Positions 39,701 through 46,747 of a stretch of DNA of 64,000 bases are shown here, one piece after another. The stretch comes from Bacteroidales bacterium (GTDB taxonomy: Bacteria; Bacteroidota; Bacteroidia; Bacteroidales; SZUA-534), in assembly GCA_046704385.1 (NCBI GenBank), contig JBJKSB010000105.1, positions 165-64,164 of the forward strand, read 5' to 3'. The notes under the pieces are model-generated. The model was given only the letters and a program-made list of their open reading frames with translations. It was not told the origin of the DNA and did no database searches. The position numbers were made by a program, and so were the translations under genes. Each line of letters starts with the position of its first letter. The first letter of the stretch is position 1.

Positions 39701-41007
39701 CCGATGGTACATTTGTCGATCCCGATCAGGTTTATGAGAAAATACTGGATGGAACCTGGGCACCGTATGTATTCACCTCAAAAGAGCCTTATGGGAATGC
39801 TGATGTCCGATCATTACCAACATCTATCCGGTTTGATAAGTACAGATTACCCAGTGTAGATGTGGTAATTACCAAAAACAAAGACTTATGGACCCGTTGC
39901 CCGGTTATTGAAATGGCTGAAAATGACGATGGCGATGCCACAAATAGTTTGTCAGTGGGTGGTGCGCTGCGTTTCAGAATGCGTGAATCGCCTTCAAAAA
40001 ATAAAGAGGGAAAAAGCGCCGATGTATCCCTTGGAGATAACCCGACGGATGTTAATTCACCAAATTATGTCGGGGCAACCGGGATGAGCTGGTTTCCGGG
40101 TTATGCCATTGATGTGGAAACAGGCGAACGTTTAAACATTATGTTTGGTGAAGATAGCTGGCTGGTTGGAGAAAATGGGAACGACATGCTCTGGAATCCA
40201 ACTTCTAAATTTGGTGATGATATATTTTCTGCCACGGGCGGAAGCGACGGAACACCCTATTTTGGGGGTAAGCACTATATTTACATCGTAGGTCATAACG
40301 AAACCAGTGATGTAATTAACCTGGCCACGAAACAATACAGTGAAAAAATGCCCGGTTATGACGAAGGTCGTACTTTGTACTCTTTATTTAAACAGATTCG
40401 ACCGAATTCATCGACACCGACCAATGTAAAACGAATAATTGAGGAATTAATATGGAAGCATTGTGCATGGACAGCCATACCTATGACGAATGATGGGTTT
40501 GAATTCTGGGATTATAATTCAATGCCGGATAATGATGTCACCATTAAGCTGAGGATTGCTAATCCTTATTGTGTCAGTATTGGTTCAGATGCTAAGAAAA
40601 ACCCTGAAAATGATAATTTTCCGATGTTTCGTTTTTCAACTTCAGGTTTGAGAGCTGAAAAAGGGAATGAGAATGGATACGGAACAAAAGCTCTCGAAAG
40701 GATAAATGTGGTGCCAAACCCTTATTACGGTTCATCTGAGTATGAACAAAACCAGCTTGATAATATTGTTAAAATTATAAACCTGCCTGAGCGTTGTGTG
40801 GTATCAATTTATAATGCTAACGGAGGATTAATACGCCGGTTTGATAAAGATAACTCTGATTCATTTATTACCTGGGATTTAAAAAACAGCTATGGAATAG
40901 CTATTGCCAGCGGGATGTATATTATCCATATTAAATCGCCTGAATTGGGCGAAAAAGTAATTAAGTGGTTTGGTTCGTTACGGCCGGTAGACTTGAATGC
41001 ATTTTAG
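36709..41007 (+). CDS. 1432-aa secreted protein of unknown function with a FlgD-Ig/T9SS-CTD-like C-terminal domain
   Basis: Signal peptide MKRLNYIIILLVGGFASNYTFA. DxDGDG-type acidic loop (FMDVDGDGVYNPSNGDYP). I recognise no catalytic motif. C-terminus: INVVPNPYYGSS...CVVSIYNANGGLIRRF...ITWDLKNSYGIAIASGMYIIHIKSPELGEKVIKWFGSLRPVDLNAF. Confidence 0.8.
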   Translation: MKRLNYIIILLVGGFASNYTFARENKLHNTLKSAQTITAGCLPATSETNLDLNNVRALILANGGLWQGDAVGEYEIPKGSKKTSMFAGSVWVGGVDVNGQLRTCARTYRGSGYGNDFWPGPLVSSGEQIASVSPDVCVMYDKHFKITRDEVEKFISYNNADSKTKAEQFSDYTVPKIIQEWPAKGPVDYGAYDYYLAPFMDVDGDGVYNPSNGDYPYYVFDKNAPCNYQPERRAENLGNTSQKLFGDETIWWVYNDKGNVHTTSKGAAAIGMEFRAQAFAFSTNDELNNMTFYNYQIINRSTYSLTDAYFGVWNDPDLGYAYDDAAGCDVVRGLGYVYNSKDIDGTGGEVEAYGAHPPAIGVDFFEGPYQDPDGQDNPTSWEDIERTRLDCEMGYTLNPAGTGDNIPTGKPGDIFNGNINGLNFGDGVVDNERWGMRRFVFYVNGGTNNGDPTTALHFYQYLKGYWLDGTRMTYGGNGQGGTQPADFMYPDDTDKCGWGTNGNIKGPDDPWTKNDDPTVQDGLDFRIVQSAGPFILEPGAVNDITVGVVWARANSTAWASVGEVRKADMKAQRLFENCFQLIDGPTAPDMSVVELDGKLIFHLSNQPNSNNYLESYSERDPFIDPTVPDKDKFYKFQGYQVFQLKDKTVTLGEITDVNKARQVFQCDIKDSVSQIVNYVWDNDLNASHPEERVYGKNAGITHTFELTEDAFGSGESKKLLNYKEYYYVAVAYAFNDYNHYNPVDEGSLGNQTTPYLAGRKNIVVHTAIPHSIDAMNKGTKLNSNYGDVPVITMVEGKGNGNNVLELSNETVKNILSKTTYPFRADTLVYKKNFGPVQVQVIDPMSVIDADFTLRLVKDSVNKAKNNNYTADTSYYPLTGLIYDSKWELSWEYQGEEHSVLSDSWIRYGDDKLIPELGLSITWEQVDFPGQGAMQKFDDKDNVNNGFQQAEIKFKDDNASPWLSFVSDLDGKTPFNWIRVGKQTKGENDIGDWSDFMFSDGTFVDPDQVYEKILDGTWAPYVFTSKEPYGNADVRSLPTSIRFDKYRLPSVDVVITKNKDLWTRCPVIEMAENDDGDATNSLSVGGALRFRMRESPSKNKEGKSADVSLGDNPTDVNSPNYVGATGMSWFPGYAIDVETGERLNIMFGEDSWLVGENGNDMLWNPTSKFGDDIFSATGGSDGTPYFGGKHYIYIVGHNETSDVINLATKQYSEKMPGYDEGRTLYSLFKQIRPNSSTPTNVKRIIEELIWKHCAWTAIPMTNDGFEFWDYNSMPDNDVTIKLRIANPYCVSIGSDAKKNPENDNFPMFRFSTSGLRAEKGNENGYGTKALERINVVPNPYYGSSEYEQNQLDNIVKIINLPERCVVSIYNANGGLIRRFDKDNSDSFITWDLKNSYGIAIASGMYIIHIKSPELGEKVIKWFGSLRPVDLNAF

Positions 41008-41019
41008 TTTTATATAATT

Positions 41020-42078
41020 ATGACAGATATGGGAAAAAATATAAAACGATTAGCAGGTTTATTAGTTATTACATTTGTTTGTATTTCAGTAATATATGCG
41101 GGCAACGAACAAAGGATTGGTCAGGCCGGAGCCAGCGAGCTTTTAATAAATCCGTGGGCTCGTTCAAGTGCGTTGGGTGATGCCAATATTGCCAATATTG
41201 AAGGACTTGAAGGAGTATTTATAAATATTGCCGGTACGGCGCATCTGAATAAAACACAACTTGTTTTTACCAATACCAATTGGCTGAGTGGTGCCGGAAT
41301 TAAGGTAAATGCATTCGGATTATCGCAAAAAATGGGTGATGTGGGCGTTTTATCATTATCTGTAATGTCAATGGATTGGGGAGAAATTATAAAAACCACG
41401 ACCTACCAGCCTGATGGTGATGGTTCAAAGTTTCATCCAAATTATACCAATATCGGAGTTTCATATGCCAAAGAATTTTCGAACAGTATTTTTGGCGGGG
41501 CTACTGTTAAAATAATTAACGAAAGTATTGATAACTTAAGAGCTACAGGTGTTGCTTTTGATGCCGGTTTGCAATATATAACCGGAAGTCGCGAGCAGAT
41601 TAAATTTGGGGTTACCATGAAAAATGTCGGGCCAACCATGCATATGAATGGCGATGGAATGGCAGTTAGGGCAAGTGTTGACGGTGGACCGATCAATACC
41701 ATGCAAAACAGGCCCGATGATTTTGAATTACCTTCGTTAATTAAGTTAGGCATGTCGTACGACTGGGATTTTGGTGAGATGCACAAGTTAACCGTAATGG
41801 GAGCCTTTACCGAAAATTCATTTTCAAAAGACCAGTTTCATGCTGGTATGCAGTATAGTTTCCGCAAAATGTTTAGTATAAGGGGCGGATATGTTTACGA
41901 AAACGGTATTACCAGCGTCGAAAACAGGACAACCGCATTGACAGGGATTACGGCAGGTTTTACATTCGAGGTTCCTTTTAAAAAGGGTGGAGATCAGACA
42001 TTTGGAGTTGATTATTCGTTCCGTGATACTGATCCGTTTAATGGAATTCATACCATAGGAGTTAGAATTAATCTATAA
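41020..42078 (+). CDS. PorV/PorQ-family outer-membrane beta-barrel protein (T9SS shuttle-like paralogue)
   Basis: 352 aa with a signal peptide. The N-terminal motif GQAGASELLINPWARSSALGDANIANIEGLEGVFINIAG fits the PorV pattern (a.fL.i.pdARs.gMGdagvA....a.f.NPAg). It shows the alternating barrel pattern and ends IGVRINL. Confidence 0.65.
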   Translation: MTDMGKNIKRLAGLLVITFVCISVIYAGNEQRIGQAGASELLINPWARSSALGDANIANIEGLEGVFINIAGTAHLNKTQLVFTNTNWLSGAGIKVNAFGLSQKMGDVGVLSLSVMSMDWGEIIKTTTYQPDGDGSKFHPNYTNIGVSYAKEFSNSIFGGATVKIINESIDNLRATGVAFDAGLQYITGSREQIKFGVTMKNVGPTMHMNGDGMAVRASVDGGPINTMQNRPDDFELPSLIKLGMSYDWDFGEMHKLTVMGAFTENSFSKDQFHAGMQYSFRKMFSIRGGYVYENGITSVENRTTALTGITAGFTFEVPFKKGGDQTFGVDYSFRDTDPFNGIHTIGVRINL

Positions 42079-42104
42079 ATTTATTATATTTGTTCCGGTT
42101 TAAA

Positions 42105-42139
42105 GAGTCCCGTGATCTCGCGGGATTCTTTTTCTTTTA
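42105..42139 (+). terminator. rho-independent terminator closing the TBDR / 1432-aa / PorV-like operon
   Basis: GAGTCCCG (42105..42112) pairs with CGGGATTC (42121..42128), 8-nt loop, then TTTTTCTTTT. Confidence 0.7.
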
Positions 42140-42167
42140 ATAACTGATTTATAACAGGAGGTGAATC

Positions 42168-42647
42168 ATGGGCAAATTGTCGTATGTAACACAAGAGGGG
42201 CTTAAAAAATTAATGGCTGAAGTTGAGCATTTAAAAACTGTTGAAAGGCCCCAGATTTCTCAGGCTATTGCTGATGCCAGAGATAAAGGGGATTTATCAG
42301 AAAATGCTGAATATGATGCTGCCAAAGAAGCTCAGGGGTTGCTTGAGCTGAAAATATCGCAATTAGAGGAAGTTATCCGCAACTCAAGAGTTATTGATGA
42401 ATCAAAACTCGATTATTCATCGGTACAAATACTCTCACGGGTACGCATTAAAAATTTAAAAAATAATACCGAGATGGAATATGCCATTGTTTCTGAATCG
42501 GAAGCTGATTTAAAAAGTGGTAAAATGTCTATAAATACTCCCATTGCCAAAGGGTTGATGGGTAAAAAAGTTGGCGAAAAAGTGGAGGTTCATGTTCCTT
42601 CCGGTATTATGGAATTTGAGATTTTAGAAATAAATCCTTTAAAATAA
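42168..42647 (+). CDS. greA: transcription elongation factor GreA
   Basis: 159 aa with the N-terminal coiled coil ARDKGDLSENAEYDAAKEAQ and the C-terminal FKBP-like domain. Confidence 0.95.
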   Translation: MGKLSYVTQEGLKKLMAEVEHLKTVERPQISQAIADARDKGDLSENAEYDAAKEAQGLLELKISQLEEVIRNSRVIDESKLDYSSVQILSRVRIKNLKNNTEMEYAIVSESEADLKSGKMSINTPIAKGLMGKKVGEKVEVHVPSGIMEFEILEINPLK

Positions 42648-42652
42648 ATACC

Positions 42653-43045
42653 ATGGCAACTATATTTTCAAAAATTGTGGCCGGTGAAATACCTTGTTAT
42701 AAAATAGCAGAGGATGAAAATTATTTTGCATTCCTCGATATTAATCCTTTAAAAAAAGGTCATACGCTGGTTATTCCGAAACACGAGGTTGATTATATAT
42801 TTGATCTGAATCCAGATGAATTAGGAGGGTTACATAAGTTTTCACAAAAAATTGCAAAAGCCATCGACAAAACTATTCCATGTAAGCGGGTGGCTGTTGT
42901 AGTATTGGGTCTTGAAGTACCACATGCCCATGTGCATCTTATTCCTATGGATTCGGAAAGCGATGTGCGATTTTCCAATCCTAAATTAAAGTTTTCGCCC
43001 GAGGAATTTGAACAAATTGCTGAGGCGATTGCCAAAAACATTTAA
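42653..43045 (+). CDS. HIT (histidine triad) family protein
   Basis: 130 aa: IFSKIVAGEIPCYKI...DINP..KGH.LVIPK and the triad HAHVHLIP. Confidence 0.9.
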   Translation: MATIFSKIVAGEIPCYKIAEDENYFAFLDINPLKKGHTLVIPKHEVDYIFDLNPDELGGLHKFSQKIAKAIDKTIPCKRVAVVVLGLEVPHAHVHLIPMDSESDVRFSNPKLKFSPEEFEQIAEAIAKNI

Positions 43046-43068
43046 ATACCCACTTAGTTAATCACAAA

Positions 43069-45096
43069 CTAATCTGACTTTTTAATAAACCGAATAGCCT
43101 GACCGCCTCCTTTTGCGAGTTTCAGGCTTATTTTACTGTTGGAAGTAACCGTTTTTTCTAAATAGTCAACACTATAGGGATTGGTCTTCCAATCGGCATC
43201 TTCGCCATCTTTATAAATCTGGGCAGTGTAAGTAGCATCGTTATCAAGAAAGCTTAAATCAATTTTAAGCACACGACTGTTTTCATCGGTAATTGCACCA
43301 AGGAACCAATCATCTGAATTCCTGTCTTTGCGCGCTGTAACAATGTAATCGCCAATTTTTGAATCGAGTACTTTCGTTTCGGTCCAATCTACAGGAACAT
43401 CCTTAATAAACTGGAAAGCTTTTTTGCCTTCATAATTTTCGGGCAGGTCCGATGCCATTTGTAAAGGACTGTAAATTACTACATATAAAGCAAGTTGTTT
43501 GGCTATGGTTGTTTGCACCCTTGTTCCGGGGTTCATCTTATTTTCAAAATTGAAAGTGCCAAAGGTTAAATCCATTGGACCAGCCAGTCCACGTGTAAAG
43601 GGTAGAACTGTAGTATGTTCAGGAGGATTTCCTCCATCTTTCGACCATGCGTCATATTCCTGTCCCCGAACAGCCTCCTGGGTCATCAGGTTGGGATAGG
43701 TGCGCTGAATGCCTGTAGGCATTACTGATTCATGATTATCAATTACAATTTGATACTTGGCGGCAGTTTCCACCACCTTCCTGAAATGGCGAACACCATA
43801 CTGGCTACTATGATATTCCTTGCCATCGAGTTTTGGATTTACATACCCGGTTTTTACGATGTGCACACCCACTTTCTGATACTGTTTAAAAGCGTCGTCC
43901 ATCTGTTTTTCATAGTTTTTTGTTGCCCCGCCGGTTTCGTTATGGCCTATTAGTTTAACATTTTTTGAGGCCCCGTATTTGCATATTTCCTCAAGGTTAA
44001 AATCGGGATAAGCTTCAGTAAAACTAATTTGATCGCCATGCTTAACCCAGTCGAAATCCCAACCATTATTCCAGCCTTCGACCAGAACACCACTAAAGCC
44101 ATTTTTTGCGGCAAAGTCCATATAATATTCTGTGTTTTCCGTTGTGGCTCCATGTTTAGGACCTTGTGCCCAGGTATATTTACCCATATGAATGGCCCAC
44201 CAGATACCAATATATTTACCAGGTTTAATCCACGAAACGTCTTTAATTTTGTTGGGTTCATTTAAATTCAACGCGATGTACGATGTTATTAAATCACCGG
44301 GTTTATTGCCGATGGTAATAGTCCGCCAGGGCGTATGCATTCCGGCTTTTGTAAAAACTTTCTCGCCGGTTGACCATGGGGTAAGATCAACCTGTAAGGC
44401 ATTATCTTTTGTATAAAATAAATTCATAGCCGCATAATCCGTAAGATTTGCCTCATGAATGGCAACATATTTACCATTTTCCATTTCAATGGTTAATGGA
44501 GTACAAACCGTATCCATTTCTGAAAATTTGGTATGACGGAACAGGCTTTCGTAATAAGTTTCTTTATAAGCAGGAATCCACCAGGCTTGTTTTTCCTGCG
44601 CCAACTTAAATTGGGTAAGTTCATCCATTATAATGATGGAATCAATTTTGGGTTGTTTGGGTATCTGGTACCGGAATCCTACGCCCTCATTAAAAACCCT
44701 GAACGTAATATTAAGTTGTCGGCGCGGAGGTTGCGTTTCCTCCAGGTTGACGGTTAGCTCCTCGTATCGGTTCTCAATAAGTCGGCGCTCGCCCCAAACC
44801 TGTTCCCAGGTTTCATTTACTGAATTTCGTGCAGTATTTTTAATGGTCATTGCATTCCCCAGGTCAGGCATATTTTTAAACCTAAAACCTAATTTTGAAT
44901 TCTGAACAATAACCTGATTGTCAGAAACTACTGAATATAATGCCTCCCCGTCAATTATTTCAAAGCGCAGGCTTGTTTTTCCGTCGGGTGATGTTACAAT
45001 CTCGTTTTCAGGGTAGGGAAAGCACCCAGAAATTAACGCTGTCAGTATAACTAACGAAAGTTTAATTTTATGTTTTGTAAAGATCATATTATTCAA
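43069..45096 (-). CDS. glycoside hydrolase family 97 (SusB-like alpha-glucosidase type), lipoprotein
   Basis: 675 aa with lipobox LISGC. GH97-typical N-terminal segment (SPDGK..L.F...DG...Y.V....ETWEQVWGERR) and catalytic barrel motifs (FSGVLVEGWN.GW, GHNETGG, QEAVRGQEY). It is a paralogue of 59427..61541. Confidence 0.8.
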   Translation of the reverse strand: MNNMIFTKHKIKLSLVILTALISGCFPYPENEIVTSPDGKTSLRFEIIDGEALYSVVSDNQVIVQNSKLGFRFKNMPDLGNAMTIKNTARNSVNETWEQVWGERRLIENRYEELTVNLEETQPPRRQLNITFRVFNEGVGFRYQIPKQPKIDSIIIMDELTQFKLAQEKQAWWIPAYKETYYESLFRHTKFSEMDTVCTPLTIEMENGKYVAIHEANLTDYAAMNLFYTKDNALQVDLTPWSTGEKVFTKAGMHTPWRTITIGNKPGDLITSYIALNLNEPNKIKDVSWIKPGKYIGIWWAIHMGKYTWAQGPKHGATTENTEYYMDFAAKNGFSGVLVEGWNNGWDFDWVKHGDQISFTEAYPDFNLEEICKYGASKNVKLIGHNETGGATKNYEKQMDDAFKQYQKVGVHIVKTGYVNPKLDGKEYHSSQYGVRHFRKVVETAAKYQIVIDNHESVMPTGIQRTYPNLMTQEAVRGQEYDAWSKDGGNPPEHTTVLPFTRGLAGPMDLTFGTFNFENKMNPGTRVQTTIAKQLALYVVIYSPLQMASDLPENYEGKKAFQFIKDVPVDWTETKVLDSKIGDYIVTARKDRNSDDWFLGAITDENSRVLKIDLSFLDNDATYTAQIYKDGEDADWKTNPYSVDYLEKTVTSNSKISLKLAKGGGQAIRFIKKSD

Positions 45097-45111
45097 TTAT
45101 GCTGTTTGAAG

Positions 45112-46728
45112 CTATTTTTTCATATTATATTCGGTTGAATACAAAGGCGGTTTATTTCCAAAAATAGCCTTATGAAATTCATTAAATTCACTTGAAAATG
45201 TGTAAATAAGCCTGTCGGTTCTGTAAGGTTTATCAGTTATCCATTCCGGTGTTTCAAAACTTACAGTCTTTGTACCATTTCGTTCAACCGATACATCTAC
45301 CGGGCCTGGATGGTAATCAAATTTGGTTGAAACCAGCCCAGCCTGAACATTTTTCTTTTGACCATTAACCGTTACATCAGCAGGATTCGAGAGAATTGTC
45401 ACTACCTCAATGGAATCTTCGTAAGATTCAGGTACTGCCTGCGATAAATAAACAATGGGAATATTATATGGGGCCGGTTTAATATCGTGACGGTATTTCT
45501 TAAAGAATGCTATAGCCACATCTTTATTTTGATAGGGTGATGGTTCGTGTTTCCAAACGCTTTTATAATAATTCAGCAAAACCGAAAATCCGAAGTTATG
45601 ATTTACTTCCGGGGCAAGGTGGTGTCCTTCGGGATAATCATTCCAGGTAATAATATTTACAATAGGAACATCTTTTTCAATGGCAAATTCAAACAGCTTT
45701 CTGAAGTTGTATGAAAGGCCTGTTATAATACCCCTGCGTTCCACTTTATCCATTCCGGCACGGGCAGCATCAATGGCAAAATTATACATATCCCATGTAC
45801 CAGGAGGCAGTAATTTAGATGTATAAAACGAAGGAAATACCGAGCCGGTAAAGGTTCTGTGCCGTTCTTTGCAGGTTTCAGCAACCATTTCGCCCACATA
45901 GTTTTTTGTATAAGGAAGTGTCCAAAGCCAGACAGCCGGTATGTAATCGAGCCAGGTGTTGAGTTCATCTTTGGTAATATTAAAATTAATTCCTAATACA
46001 AATGCTGGATTTTCGTGTATGGCATTTGCCAATTTTTTCAAAGCCCGGGCCACATAAAACTGTCGTGGCAAACCTTGTAAATCGGATGGTATATCAGCAA
46101 TTTGTTCGCCATACCATAAATACATAACTAAACGGCCATCGGGGGTTCTTAACCAATGCGGGTTGTCATGGCCAACTGCATCAAAAATGGAATTCATACG
46201 TTTGGCATATTCCTGAATTTTAACTTTTTCAGTTAATCCACCAGGGTGCGAGGGACAAAGTGTAAATTTAAAAGGGATGTGTTTTTCTTCAGCTACTTTA
46301 AAATAGGCTTTAATTATTTCATCATCAGGACCTCTTTTCCTAAGCGGATAATAAAACTGGAAACCGTCAATCCCACACTTCATGGCAGCCCTCATTTCAA
46401 ATTCAACAGCTTGTTCCAGCGATGAGTCTTTTAAGTACCTTTCTGACATTACATTTACCTGTACCATTCCACCCAGGCTTTCTGTAATATTTCCCTCACG
46501 GGGATAGTATTCCGGATCGGCACTGTCTTCCAGGTCATGATGTTTAAACCTGATTATATCAGTCATATTATGGGCTATAACCAATTTTTGGTTTGTTAAA
46601 GGCAAGCTAAATTCAGGTAAGTTTTTAAGGGTGTCTTTGATTTCAGCCGATTTTGCAGGTATAACAAAGCCTGTTAAAGTAAAAAGCAAAATAAAAATTG
46701 TTTTTATGTTACATGGGTTTGTTTTCAT
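45112..46728 (-). CDS. secreted GH71/GH99-clan TIM-barrel glycosidase-like protein (538 aa)
   Basis: Signal peptide. VIAHNMTD...AVEFEMRAAMKCGIDGFQFYY resembles the GH71 pattern (vfaHfmvgn...D...A...GIDgFaLN). IITWNDYPEGHHLAP resembles the WNDyxE motif. The family assignment is tentative. Confidence 0.55.
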   Translation of the reverse strand: MKTNPCNIKTIFILLFTLTGFVIPAKSAEIKDTLKNLPEFSLPLTNQKLVIAHNMTDIIRFKHHDLEDSADPEYYPREGNITESLGGMVQVNVMSERYLKDSSLEQAVEFEMRAAMKCGIDGFQFYYPLRKRGPDDEIIKAYFKVAEEKHIPFKFTLCPSHPGGLTEKVKIQEYAKRMNSIFDAVGHDNPHWLRTPDGRLVMYLWYGEQIADIPSDLQGLPRQFYVARALKKLANAIHENPAFVLGINFNITKDELNTWLDYIPAVWLWTLPYTKNYVGEMVAETCKERHRTFTGSVFPSFYTSKLLPPGTWDMYNFAIDAARAGMDKVERRGIITGLSYNFRKLFEFAIEKDVPIVNIITWNDYPEGHHLAPEVNHNFGFSVLLNYYKSVWKHEPSPYQNKDVAIAFFKKYRHDIKPAPYNIPIVYLSQAVPESYEDSIEVVTILSNPADVTVNGQKKNVQAGLVSTKFDYHPGPVDVSVERNGTKTVSFETPEWITDKPYRTDRLIYTFSSEFNEFHKAIFGNKPPLYSTEYNMKK

Positions 46729-46747
46729 AGGATTAACTTGACTATAA

